Source: Candidatus Micrarchaeota archaeon (GTDB lineage Archaea; Micrarchaeota; Micrarchaeia; Micrarchaeales; CABMGC01). From it: DNA of 64,000 nt. Within the stretch, counting starts at the first letter, position 1; each line of letters begins with the position of its first letter. Shown piece after piece: positions 37,092 through 46,562 of the stretch. A program made the position numbers and the translations under genes. The stretch lies in assembly GCA_021812185.1 (NCBI GenBank), contig JAKAON010000001.1:45929-109928 (forward strand), given 5' to 3'. Under the pieces are notes generated by a model that made no database searches, had not been told where the DNA came from, and saw only the letters and a program-made list of their open reading frames with translations.

Positions 37092-37844
37092 TCAGTACGT
37101 GCTCACTTGGCTTAGCTCAACTCCGTTTCCAAGTTTCATTCTTGCTATCCTAATTTCCGTATTGACCTGCCTTGCCTCTTCGTGGCTACTTGTCACGAAT
37201 ATCACCTTCCTCATTTTCAGGACGTTTACGCCTACATTCAAGTCCGGATACACTTCGTTTAGACTGCTTGCCTGCAGTACATACGCTCCGCCGCGTTTGT
37301 CGTCCAGGGAAAGTTCGTACTTAACCGCACCTGGCTTCATTATGAATATCCTGTGTTCTCCGTCCTCAGGGATCTTTACCCTCTTTAGATCCACAAGTTC
37401 GGATATTATATCTACGCTGCTATCTAGGAATCCCCTTGCATATTCAGCTTGCACCTTGGGATTAATCCTTTCGAGTTCGCCTGTGTCTGAGAAAGCATGT
37501 TTCTCGAAAGGATCGACAAGCTGGCTCTTCATGTCACTGCTTATAGGCACTCCGTTCTTTAGGGCATCAAACACTAGACCCATGCCTTTGCACCCTTCAT
37601 TGTGTGGCATTATGACAAGGGCTTTTAGGTTGTAGTCCCTTGCTATGTCCTTAATGGATCCCTCAAATGCTTTGACCCCTGCACCGGCGTTCCTGAAAAC
37701 ATATGTCGTTATATTTTCACCGTATTCTCTCTTAAGCTCGCTTATCTTGCCATCTATCGCAAAATTCAGCCTCCAGTCCATGCATGAAACTATTGCCACA
37801 GCATCGCTGCTTTTCTTATTTTGTATTGCCATTAAATCACACAT
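37092..37844 (-). CDS. Beta-carbonic-anhydrase-like domain protein with unknown C-terminal domain
   Basis: VSCMDWRLNF (C-x-D-x-R), VFRNAGAGV and LVIMPHNEGCKG (H-x3-C instead of H-x2-C). Confidence 0.4.
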   Translation of the reverse strand: MCDLMAIQNKKSSDAVAIVSCMDWRLNFAIDGKISELKREYGENITTYVFRNAGAGVKAFEGSIKDIARDYNLKALVIMPHNEGCKGMGLVFDALKNGVPISSDMKSQLVDPFEKHAFSDTGELERINPKVQAEYARGFLDSSVDIISELVDLKRVKIPEDGEHRIFIMKPGAVKYELSLDDKRGGAYVLQASSLNEVYPDLNVGVNVLKMRKVIFVTSSHEEARQVNTEIRIARMKLGNGVELSQVSTY

Positions 37845-39163
37845 TAAGGTTCTAATCTATTCATCATCCTTGGAAATGGAATCGCATCGCGTATGTGCTC
37901 GAGATTGAGCATCCATTTTATCACACGTTCGGTGCCCATCCCAAATCCGCTATGAGGTATTGATCCATACCTCTTTAGATCCAGGTACCAGTAGTAATTC
38001 TTGGGATCAATCTTGAAGAGCTTCATTCTTTCCTCAAGCTCCTTTAAGTTCCATATCCTCTCGCTTGCCCCAATTATCTCGCCATGGCCATGAGGTGCTT
38101 CCATATCGGAACATAGCGCAAATTCAGGATCATCGGGATCCGCCCTCATATAGAACGCCTTTATCTTGGCAGGCCATTTGTATATGAATATGGGCTTGTC
38201 CTCCTTCTCAGTCAATATTCGCTCGTCTTCAGTGCCTATGTCATCGAGCCACTCTTTCTTCTCCCCATGCTTGTTTAGGTAATCAAGAGCGTCTGAGTAT
38301 GTAATTTTCTTGAAAGGGCCCTTCACTACGCCCAATGTCTTCTTATCGACGCCTAGCTTCTCAAGTAGCGCTTCTTGCTCCTTGGCAAGTCTTTGGCATA
38401 AATAGGATATCATATCCTCCTGAAGTTTCATGTTCTCCTCGTTTGAGTAGAATGCAGCCTCAGCTTCGAGATGCCAATACTCTGCAAGATGCTTTATTGT
38501 CCTTGATTTCTCTGCCCTAAAAGAAGGCACAAGCGAGTATACATTCTCAAGAGATGGCACAAGCGCCTCCAAATACAGTTGTGACGTCTGAGTCAAATAT
38601 GCTTTCTCCCCAAAATAGTCGAATCCGAACATGTCCGCGCCGCCTTCTCCTCCTGCCTTTGTTATAAGCGGGGGAGTTACTTCCCAAAATCCCTTCTGCT
38701 CGTAAAAGTCCCTCAAGTACCTGAAAACAATTGATCTCACTTTAAGTATCTGGTTCATCCTCTGGCTGCGGATCCACAGATGCCTTTTATCCAAAAGGAG
38801 CTCTGCACTTTGATATTCAGTTATAGGAAAAGGTTCTGATACGTGCATTGTGCTAAATTTATTTGCATCTATTTCAAATCCGGTTGGTGCCCTCTTGTCA
38901 GCCTTTATCGTGCCGCTTAGAGTTATGCTTGATTCTATTGTGGCCTTCTGTGCGTCCTCCCATGACTTTGCATCTACCTTGTCTTTTTTAACTGCAGCTT
39001 GTATTATGCCGGTGCTATCCCTCACCACTATGAATAATATGCCTCCGCTTCCCCTTTTCCTATGCACCCATCCTCGTATTTCGACTGCCTTTCCTTCAGA
39101 TTCCTTTTCTGCTTCCGAGATATGCATATATGCACCAGTTTGTTGAGCAAACGCACCGCTCAT
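37844..39163 (-). CDS. asnS: Asparaginyl-tRNA synthetase (class IIb; AspRS not fully excluded)
   Basis: OB-fold N-terminus (VEIRGWVHRKRGSGGILFIVVRD), FRAEKSRTIKHLAEYWHLEAEAAF and PHSGFGMGTERVIKWMLNLEHIRDAIPFPR. Confidence 0.7.
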   Translation of the reverse strand: MSGAFAQQTGAYMHISEAEKESEGKAVEIRGWVHRKRGSGGILFIVVRDSTGIIQAAVKKDKVDAKSWEDAQKATIESSITLSGTIKADKRAPTGFEIDANKFSTMHVSEPFPITEYQSAELLLDKRHLWIRSQRMNQILKVRSIVFRYLRDFYEQKGFWEVTPPLITKAGGEGGADMFGFDYFGEKAYLTQTSQLYLEALVPSLENVYSLVPSFRAEKSRTIKHLAEYWHLEAEAAFYSNEENMKLQEDMISYLCQRLAKEQEALLEKLGVDKKTLGVVKGPFKKITYSDALDYLNKHGEKKEWLDDIGTEDERILTEKEDKPIFIYKWPAKIKAFYMRADPDDPEFALCSDMEAPHGHGEIIGASERIWNLKELEERMKLFKIDPKNYYWYLDLKRYGSIPHSGFGMGTERVIKWMLNLEHIRDAIPFPRMMNRLEP

Positions 39164-39236
39164 GCGTCGAATTTACTACGGTAGACTGATATCATTATAT
39201 ATCCAAATAGGTATAAATTCATATAGGGTAAACCGC

Positions 39237-39815
39237 ATGGAAGAGCAGGAAATCCTCAAGAAATACAACCAATTATATCTCGAAATGCTGATGAGGTACA
39301 AAGATTATATAGAAAGTGAGGAGAGCGTCTATGTTGCGGAACTGCCAAAGCTAATCACCCCGGATGATGCAGCTGTAATCAATCTTGCAAACAAGATAAA
39401 GAGCTCCTTTTCACAGTATAGCTATGATAGGGATTTCTACGGCGCTGCTAGGATCGCATATGACAATATACGGGATAACATAGCTACTATAAGTCTCCCT
39501 TTGCAATTCTGGCTCAGTCCAAGTCAGACCCTCAAATGCGAAGCCGGAGATATTTTTGACAAAGCCACGCTCCTGTGCAGCTTGCTCATAGCACTTGGAA
39601 ATATGTCTACAAAAGTCATAATAGCTGCGAAGGAAGAAAGCCGCTCATTTGTTGTTTATTGCGAATACGCTGATAGTCTCATACTCTTCAATATCGATTC
39701 GGGCATAACCCAGGTGAAGAGCAAACAAGAACTTCTTGACGGTATGAATATAGGCAAGGATGAAGAGCTTACGGCATATGAATTCAATGACAAGATGTAC
39801 GACGATTTGTGCTAG
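39237..39815 (+). CDS. Hypothetical protein (weak transglutaminase-like Cys region)
   Basis: KCEAGDIFDKATLLCSLLIALG faintly resembles the TGase-core Cys helix. The track ORF starts at 39162; ATG 39237 is preferred. Confidence 0.3.
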   Translation: MEEQEILKKYNQLYLEMLMRYKDYIESEESVYVAELPKLITPDDAAVINLANKIKSSFSQYSYDRDFYGAARIAYDNIRDNIATISLPLQFWLSPSQTLKCEAGDIFDKATLLCSLLIALGNMSTKVIIAAKEESRSFVVYCEYADSLILFNIDSGITQVKSKQELLDGMNIGKDEELTAYEFNDKMYDDLC

Positions 39816-39952
39816 CTTAGGCCATTAGTAGAATATGTGTTATTCATCAGTGCGCTTCTTGCAAATGTTTTTTTGCATCATTTAGTTTTGATGTTGCACA
39901 AAAGAATTAAGAACATCCCAAATGTCAACATTTCTGTAGGCATCGCATTAGC

Positions 39953-40387
39953 ATGGGGAAAGAGAGAATTACGAATGCGGCAGAAATAGAGAGGGAGAGC
40001 TTGCATTTTAGGACAATAGAATTAGTTAACAAGGCATTTTCAAGAGCATTCAAGGGCGAGGAGTACCAGAGATTGGAGCTTGTGTCTTCCGCAGATAAGG
40101 AGAGATCCTGGGAAGGAGTAGTGCTTATGTATTTTGTTATAAGAAACAAGCACAGCAAGGAAAATTTCTTAGGAAGCGGAATAGATTTTGCTACGCCAGA
40201 GTTCTCAGATATGATAAAGGAACTCGCGCCTGACTACGGCTTTGCAGTATACAGGACGGGAACAGCACTTTTAGACAAGATGACCCGAGATAGGACTGTA
40301 CTTGTGGAGATAAGGCTCACCGAAAGCCAGAGCACTTACAGCGGGAGTTTGCTCAAAATAGACATTAGATCATGCAAGAGAGAATAG
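39953..40387 (+). CDS. Hypothetical protein
   Basis: 144-aa ORF with no competing ORF on the opposite strand and no recognisable motif. Confidence 0.35.
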   Translation: MGKERITNAAEIERESLHFRTIELVNKAFSRAFKGEEYQRLELVSSADKERSWEGVVLMYFVIRNKHSKENFLGSGIDFATPEFSDMIKELAPDYGFAVYRTGTALLDKMTRDRTVLVEIRLTESQSTYSGSLLKIDIRSCKRE

Positions 40388-40413
40388 GAGCAATGTTGAA
40401 ATAGCACAGATAC

Positions 40414-40563
40414 CTAGATTATCTCTTCCTTGCACTTGCCTTCCTTCTCTTCCTTATGACTTTCATTAGTCTCTTTGCCTTTTGCGCCCTTGCCTTCTTT
40501 CCAACCTTCCTGTGCTTCTTCTTTACGTTTTTCTGCATATATTACACCAAAAATGATTTTCAT
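40414..40563 (-). CDS. Candidate 49-aa Lys/Glu-rich micro-protein, start overlaps hsp20 stop (ATGA)
   Basis: Hand translation gives MKIIFGVIYAEKRKEEAQEGWKEGKGAKGKETNESHKEEKEGKCKEEII. It is below the ORF-track cutoff. Confidence 0.25.
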   Translation of the reverse strand: MKIIFGVIYAEKRKEEAQEGWKEGKGAKGKETNESHKEEKEGKCKEEII

Positions 40564-41078
40564 CTTATTTTAATAGGATACTCGGATTCGCAAGTATTAA
40601 TACCTTTTCTAATTCGCACTTCTAAAATGCCATTGTTGAACTTGGCAGTAGACTTTGTCGGGTCGACGCCATTTGGAACAAGTATAGGGAATGTGTTGTC
40701 TGTTTTTCCAGTATCCCCTCGTATTTTGATTGTAAGCTTGCCTGCGCCTATAACAACATCAAGCGATTCCTTTGCGGCACACCTAAGATCGGCGATCACT
40801 ACGACTTCTTTTTTCTTTTCTATTATGTCAATTAGCGGCTCTATTTTAGTTTGTTCTGGTTTTCTAGTATCTATCTTCTCAAATCCATCAAATATTGGAG
40901 TCCCGTCTGGAGCAAATTTGAAATTTATCCCGTATATCAGTGAACCGTCTTCGTTTTGCTCTATCCCATCCATTATTTCGTGAACCAGGTTGTCGAACAC
41001 CTTTGCCATATTCTGCTCGTGGGATAATGGATTTGCACCGTCAGAATCATTCGGATTTAGATTGTTTTTCTTTGCCAC
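40560..41078 (-). CDS. hsp20: Small heat-shock protein (Hsp20/alpha-crystallin)
   Basis: The alpha-crystallin domain ends STAKFNNGILEVRIRK, preceded by DIIEKKKEVVVIADL. Confidence 0.8.
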   Translation of the reverse strand: MAKKNNLNPNDSDGANPLSHEQNMAKVFDNLVHEIMDGIEQNEDGSLIYGINFKFAPDGTPIFDGFEKIDTRKPEQTKIEPLIDIIEKKKEVVVIADLRCAAKESLDVVIGAGKLTIKIRGDTGKTDNTFPILVPNGVDPTKSTAKFNNGILEVRIRKGINTCESEYPIKIR

Positions 41079-41102
41079 TTAATCTACCGACGGTGTTATT
41101 TA

Positions 41103-42164
41103 TCAGCTTATCCAATTATTTATACCTTTTTGGCCAGATTTACCTTTTATCTCCATTATTCTATCTGCAAATTTCTTGGCCCTCTCCGCAGAGAAATCAT
41201 GCTGGTCGCATAAAAACTTTAGCAAATGATCTTCATTTGGCTTTGCCGATGAGATTATGTCGTCGAACATGCCTTTAGTCATATGGATAACGTCTGCATT
41301 TTTGAAGACATTTTCGACTTCGTTCGGGTCGAAATCTATTTCCTTGCCATACTTGGTCTTTACGAAATCGAATACATCATTTACGCTCTTCTTGTCTTTG
41401 ACTATTTTGAGTGCGGTTTTTGGACCAACGCCATTTATTCCTTCATTGAAATCAGTGCCCATTAGCATTCCAAGCCATATGAGCTGGTCGTTGTTTATGT
41501 TTAGGCTTTTGAGCAGGTCCGATAGGGTTATTTTTTCCATATAAACATTGACATAGACGTTCTTTCCAGGAAGTTTCCTCTTTCCAGTTATGGTAAGGTT
41601 TCTTATCACTATGTCGGCCCCGAAAAGGAAAGAATCGTAGTCTTGACTGGATGATGCATACACTAATCCATCTCTTGCCAACTGGGCAGCCTGGGCTTCG
41701 CCCTCGCTTGGAGCTTGTATGAAAGGTATTCCCATTAGCCCAAGCAACATTTTTGAGTCATCCACTATGCTCTTTGTTATTCTTGTGCTCTGCATCGCAT
41801 ATGACCTTGCCTCTTCGATCATGCCCTCTTTCTTTGCATTCTCCCAGTCGCTAAGGGCCCGCTCCCTTATTTCCCTTCTTTTTTGTATAGTCCTTTGCTT
41901 TAATATCGGAGGCATCCCGTCAAAAACGAACACAGGATTAACATCACACTCAAGCAGACTCACAGTCCTATAAAATAGCCCTGAGAGGTGGCTCGTTACA
42001 TTTCCCTTTGAGTCTTTGAGGGGTGTGCCGTCAGGTTGCCTTATTATCGATAGGAATTGGTATATCGTATTGTATGCGTCTATCGCTATTGTTTTGCCTG
42101 AAAGATCGCTTAAGTCTATCTTATGCTTTACGTCTGCAACCAGTTTTCCAAGCTGGACTGACAA
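41103..42164 (-). CDS. fen: Flap endonuclease 1
   Basis: The N-domain IAIDAYNTIYQFLS...DGTPL...G..TSHLSGLFYRT, the I-domain APSEGEAQAAQL, and an H3TH region. Confidence 0.9.
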   Translation of the reverse strand: MSVQLGKLVADVKHKIDLSDLSGKTIAIDAYNTIYQFLSIIRQPDGTPLKDSKGNVTSHLSGLFYRTVSLLECDVNPVFVFDGMPPILKQRTIQKRREIRERALSDWENAKKEGMIEEARSYAMQSTRITKSIVDDSKMLLGLMGIPFIQAPSEGEAQAAQLARDGLVYASSSQDYDSFLFGADIVIRNLTITGKRKLPGKNVYVNVYMEKITLSDLLKSLNINNDQLIWLGMLMGTDFNEGINGVGPKTALKIVKDKKSVNDVFDFVKTKYGKEIDFDPNEVENVFKNADVIHMTKGMFDDIISSAKPNEDHLLKFLCDQHDFSAERAKKFADRIMEIKGKSGQKGINNWIS

Positions 42165-42641
42165 TCATTCACCTTCCTTGCCCTGTTTCTTTTCCTTCTT
42201 GTAAGCCGCATCCCACAGCGTGATCGGCTCGTCCTTTGATATTACTGCGCTTTTCTGCGATTTTTCTGCAGGTGCAGTAAGCTTTATGCCCAATTCCTTC
42301 TCTAGCTTCTCCGTAAGTTGCACTGTAGGCAATGTCCTGCCTTCCTCCACTCTTCTAAGCCCGCTTGCCCTCTCATTTATTTTCATGGCAAATTGATCAA
42401 TATTAAGTCCTGTGCTTTCTCTGGCCTTGCGTATTATGTCCCCGTAGTCTTCCACGACTTCTACCTCATCTTCCTTCTGCCTTCCCACATGGGACTTGGT
42501 GCTACTACCTCGGCCAGATTCGATTTTTGCAATTATCTTGTTACCCCTGGAACATTTCTCGCATACTATCATACGTGCTCCTTCGAGTAGCACGGAATAC
42601 ATGTCAGATGACTGTTTACCACACACGTCGCACGAATCCAT
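42165..42641 (-). CDS. mbf1: Archaeal multiprotein bridging factor 1 (Zn-ribbon plus HTH)
   Basis: MDSCDVCGK...VCEKCS Zn-ribbon and IRKARESTGLNIDQFAMKINERASGLRRVEEG Cro/C1-type HTH. The track ORF extends to 42746. Confidence 0.8.
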   Translation of the reverse strand: MDSCDVCGKQSSDMYSVLLEGARMIVCEKCSRGNKIIAKIESGRGSSTKSHVGRQKEDEVEVVEDYGDIIRKARESTGLNIDQFAMKINERASGLRRVEEGRTLPTVQLTEKLEKELGIKLTAPAEKSQKSAVISKDEPITLWDAAYKKEKKQGKEGE

Positions 42642-42833
42642 AAATTCAACCAGTATTAGATTGCGTATTAATATTATAAAACTACAGTATTGATATGGCA
42701 GGGATTTTTTCCCAGCAGAATTAATTAATACATTTATTTCTTGCACCTAAACCCATAATGCAATTCATGTTTTGAGGTGTATGATGAAGAAAGTATAATA
42801 ATTTTTATTGGTTAGGATTATAAGGGGGTTTAT

Positions 42834-44456
42834 ATGGCTGTTTTTGAAAACGAGTTCACATACAGGAAATTTTTGGATTCTGGAAGGGAGGAGGAGTTTG
42901 ACAGGCTATTTGATTTGGCTGTAGAGGATGCCAAACAAAATGTCATAGGGAAAAGATTCCCTATGTACATAGGCGGGCGCGAGGTTTACGCAAGTGAGCA
43001 GATAGTCGAGTACTCGCCGATAGACAAGAGAATCGTACTTGGAACTTTCCAAAAAGGCACAAAAGAGCATGCAAGGCAGGCAGTGGAAGAAGCATTGAAT
43101 GCTTTCGATTCTTGGTCTAGCACGGATTATAGGGAACGAGTAGAGATCATGCGAAATACTGCAAAATTGATGTCTGAGAGTAAGTTCCCCATAGCTGCAG
43201 TACTTAGCATGGAGAATGGAAAAACCAGGTATGAGTCAGTTGGAGAAGTTGATGAGGCAATAGATTTCCTGAATTATTATTCGTTTGATATGGAAAGGAA
43301 TAAGGGGTACGTAAGGAAAAGTACGTTGGCAGCAACGATGAATAAAGTTAGGGCAGGATTCCAGGGGGCTCCGGGAAGCGGGGAAAACGTAAAGATTGTG
43401 ATGAAGCCCTATGGCGTCTTTGGAGTGATTGCACCATTCAATTTCCCTGTATCGATATCTACTGGCATGAGCGCAGGTGCGCTTATAACTGGGAATACTG
43501 TTGTCTTCAAGCCTTCATCCAGCGAGAGCAAATCTATGCTTACGGGACTGAAGATTTATGAAATGTATAGGAAGGCAGGAGTGCCTGAAGGGGTTTTCAA
43601 CTATATAACGGGCTCCGGCGCAGAGATAGGCAGTGAGATATCAGACAGCGATAAAGTAAGCGGTGTCGTATTTACAGGATCGCGAATGGTAGGGATGGAT
43701 ATGATTGCAAGGACATACAATGAGAGAAAGCAAAAGATATTCGTCGTTGAGATGGGTGGCAAAAACCCAGCAATAGTTTCGAAATATGCAGATCTCGATA
43801 AGGCAGTAATGGGCATTGCAGGGGCAGCATATGGATTTGCCGGGCAAAAATGCAGCGCGTGTTCAAGAGTTTATGTGCATGAATCGGTAAAGGACGAATT
43901 CGTGAGGAAGCTTGTGGAGAAGATAAAGGAATTCAAGATAGGAGATCCGCTCAAAAAAGATGTTTATGTTGGGCCGCTAATAAACCACAGGGCACTTGAA
44001 GATTATAAGACATACACGGATTATGCGAAGCATAATGGAAGAGTACTTTACGGGGGCAACATTGTAGGCACGGGACTTGAAGGAGACTATGTTGAGCCAG
44101 AGCTTGTTGAGATAGACCACTCTGACAAACTGTTCCATCAAGAGCTGTTTCTGCCATTTCTTGTCTTGGCGTCTTATAGCGACTTTGATGATGCGATTAA
44201 GAAAGCAAACGATGTGGACTATGGACTTACCGCAGGACTTTATAGCGAAAAGCAATCGGAAATAAAGAAATTCCTCTATTCGATAGAGGCAGGGACTGTT
44301 TATGTGAACAGAGAGATAAGCGCAACTACAGGAGCGATAGTGGGGCTTCATACGTTTGTAGGATGGAAGGGGAGCGGACTGACAGGCAAAGGAACTGGAA
44401 GCAGGATGTATCTTCAGCAATTCATGCGAGAGCAAAGCCAGGCTGTTGTAAAATGA
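42834..44456 (+). CDS. Aldehyde dehydrogenase, 1-pyrroline-5-carboxylate dehydrogenase-like
   Basis: Contains FENEFTY near the N-terminus. VEMGGKNPAIV carries the catalytic Glu and GQKCSACSR the catalytic Cys. Length is 540 aa. Confidence 0.8.
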   Translation: MAVFENEFTYRKFLDSGREEEFDRLFDLAVEDAKQNVIGKRFPMYIGGREVYASEQIVEYSPIDKRIVLGTFQKGTKEHARQAVEEALNAFDSWSSTDYRERVEIMRNTAKLMSESKFPIAAVLSMENGKTRYESVGEVDEAIDFLNYYSFDMERNKGYVRKSTLAATMNKVRAGFQGAPGSGENVKIVMKPYGVFGVIAPFNFPVSISTGMSAGALITGNTVVFKPSSSESKSMLTGLKIYEMYRKAGVPEGVFNYITGSGAEIGSEISDSDKVSGVVFTGSRMVGMDMIARTYNERKQKIFVVEMGGKNPAIVSKYADLDKAVMGIAGAAYGFAGQKCSACSRVYVHESVKDEFVRKLVEKIKEFKIGDPLKKDVYVGPLINHRALEDYKTYTDYAKHNGRVLYGGNIVGTGLEGDYVEPELVEIDHSDKLFHQELFLPFLVLASYSDFDDAIKKANDVDYGLTAGLYSEKQSEIKKFLYSIEAGTVYVNREISATTGAIVGLHTFVGWKGSGLTGKGTGSRMYLQQFMREQSQAVVK

Positions 44457-44463
44457 AGGTAAT

Positions 44464-44871
44464 TTGTTGATATTGAAGTTCATAGCCTCAAGACTCAAAT
44501 ACGATACGCGATCCATTAAATTGCGAGGTAGAGAATTCAAGGCGTATATTGCGGATTCGCTGCTCAAGCAGATGATAGGCTTGATGTACAAAAAATCAAT
44601 TCGCAGTGATGAGTGCATGCTATTTGATTTTAATCATGATGCCGAGCACGGGATATGGATGAAGAACATGCTATTCCCCATAGATGTTGTGTGGCTTGAT
44701 TCTAAAATGCGCATAATCCATATCGAAAATAGGATACAGCCATGCACAAAAACTTTTGGATGCAAAACGTATAATGCAGGAAAAAATAGCCGATTAGTGA
44801 TAGAATTTCGGGCAGGGACTGCAGAAAAAATCAGGCTGAAAGCAGGCGATGCACTATCATACTGCAACTAG
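44464..44871 (+). CDS. DUF192-family protein
   Basis: GLMYKKS...CMLFDF...GIWMKNMLFPIDVVWLD. Confidence 0.65.
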   Translation: MLILKFIASRLKYDTRSIKLRGREFKAYIADSLLKQMIGLMYKKSIRSDECMLFDFNHDAEHGIWMKNMLFPIDVVWLDSKMRIIHIENRIQPCTKTFGCKTYNAGKNSRLVIEFRAGTAEKIRLKAGDALSYCN

Positions 44872-46191
44872 CGCTGCGCCTTTCTTTTCGACTTGTCTAT
44901 TCGGCATCAAAGTGTATATGTAGAATGTGAGGAATATTAGGGAACCTGCCATTATGAATGTTGCGCCATATCCATAGTTATACGCAAGTTGTCCAGACAA
45001 ATACGCCCCTACCAAAGTGCCGAGGCTGGTTATGGTGCTATATAAGCCAAGCCCACTGCCTTTGTCTATCCCCTTTAGCTCTTTGAACACAAGTGAGTAT
45101 GACGCAGTATAGTAAAATGAGTATGCGACGCCAGAAGCAAGTGCATAGAATATAACGTTAGCGAAGAAAAAGCTGTTTCCAGTTAGGAATATAAACGATA
45201 TGGCCAATAGCAAATAGCATACCGCCCTAAATATCAGGCTCCTTTTTATGATGCGATGCGTCAAGTGGGATTCCACATACCTTCCAGAATAGAAGAAAGT
45301 TGATGTCTGCAATATGAGTGCGAAGAGCAAGACGAAGAATACGCTCGATTCCTTTAGCCCGTATTGGCTCAGTCCGGCAGGATATATAGTATATAGTATT
45401 GCGGAACCTGCGAAAAATATAAATCCAGAGATATACAGCAATGTGATGTAGTTTGTGTGCTCAAGGCGCTTGCTTACCCTCTTGAGCTTGAATATTCTTT
45501 CGAAGAACTTTGATGTAGGCTCCTGCACAGATATTATTGGGTGCATAAGCATCCTTGATATGAATGCAAAAGAATTTTTGATTATCGATAGCCTCGTGGC
45601 TTTGATTGGGGGCGACCAGACAAGCTTGTTTGACATAAGTATGGATATTATTGATGCTGTCACCAGCAGCAGTATTAGGTTGCTGAGGCTTGTCGAGGTT
45701 GTTGCAAACACTGCGACCACGAATCCCAATGTTATACCTACACTAGATATCGTCTGTAGTTTGGAGAATGTAGATGGCCAATGTTCCTTTTTGGTGCTCT
45801 CCATTACAAGCAGATTAAGAGGAGTCGCATTTGCAATGCTAAAGAAGTTGAGCGCCATATATGCGATGATTATTTCGAGCACGCTCTTTGAGAAGAACAG
45901 AGATGCTATGCATATTGTTATCCCAATGTATGACACCAATATCTGGCGCCTTCTGCTATTGTATATGTCGCTTATCTTGCCCCAGAAGTAGCTTGCAGGT
46001 ATCGTTATGGCTGTGCCCAACGTTATCGCATAACTTGCATCCAGTACATTTCCGTTTAGCGCGAGTATTTGGAGTATTATCAGTGCGGATATCGGACCTA
46101 TTGCGATGTTTGCCGGGAGTGTTATGTATGGCCAGTACTTGCTTAAACTCTTGTGACCTTCCAAATCAGTGTTTGCTCTTTCGTTCAACAC
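44857..46191 (-). CDS. MFS transporter
   Basis: About 12 TM helices in a 6+6 arrangement with a central loop. Confidence 0.7.
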   Translation of the reverse strand: MLNERANTDLEGHKSLSKYWPYITLPANIAIGPISALIILQILALNGNVLDASYAITLGTAITIPASYFWGKISDIYNSRRRQILVSYIGITICIASLFFSKSVLEIIIAYMALNFFSIANATPLNLLVMESTKKEHWPSTFSKLQTISSVGITLGFVVAVFATTSTSLSNLILLLVTASIISILMSNKLVWSPPIKATRLSIIKNSFAFISRMLMHPIISVQEPTSKFFERIFKLKRVSKRLEHTNYITLLYISGFIFFAGSAILYTIYPAGLSQYGLKESSVFFVLLFALILQTSTFFYSGRYVESHLTHRIIKRSLIFRAVCYLLLAISFIFLTGNSFFFANVIFYALASGVAYSFYYTASYSLVFKELKGIDKGSGLGLYSTITSLGTLVGAYLSGQLAYNYGYGATFIMAGSLIFLTFYIYTLMPNRQVEKKGAALVAV

Positions 46192-46215
46192 ACACGCCCT
46201 TTTTTCAAGATAAAA

Positions 46216-46482
46216 TCATTGCGTAGAATATTTAACCATGTCCTTATGGACTTCTAAAAAATGAGTTATGTATGGGCAATCGAATCTGACCTTTAGCTCC
46301 TTTGATATTGCAAATTCGAAAGCGTAGTATGCAAGTTTCTCCGCTATGCCGCTGCCCCTATCCTCTTTTGGAACAAATGTGTAGAATATCGACATTACAC
46401 TTCCTTCGATCCTGTATTCTAGCTCTGCCACACCGTGAGAAGTTTTGCATAGCATCTTATTTCTCCTTTTTATTATCTCCAT
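46216..46482 (-). CDS. Small GNAT-like acetyltransferase-fold protein (YjdJ-like)
   Basis: FVPKEDRGSGIAEKLAYYAFEFAISKELKVRFDCPYITHFLEVH. Confidence 0.6.
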   Translation of the reverse strand: MEIIKRRNKMLCKTSHGVAELEYRIEGSVMSIFYTFVPKEDRGSGIAEKLAYYAFEFAISKELKVRFDCPYITHFLEVHKDMVKYSTQ

Positions 46483-46562
46483 AGCACCAAAGACACTGCA
46501 AGCTATAAAGAAGTTTGTTGATAACAGATTATAAATGCTTATTTTGATACGTAGGGTTTTTT

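Noticed and set aside
37018-37635. 205-aa plus-strand ORF; similar cases are 4318-4842, 15268-15825, 40456-40983 and 45455-45991.
   Set aside because: Each is antisense to a gene with clear family motifs (beta-CA-like, nucleotidyltransferase, EndoQ, Hsp20, MFS). All have Ser/Leu/Phe-rich low-complexity translations.
43977-44618. 213-aa minus-strand ORF.
   Set aside because: It is antisense to the aldehyde dehydrogenase and DUF192 genes, both of which have strong motifs. It is a shadow ORF.
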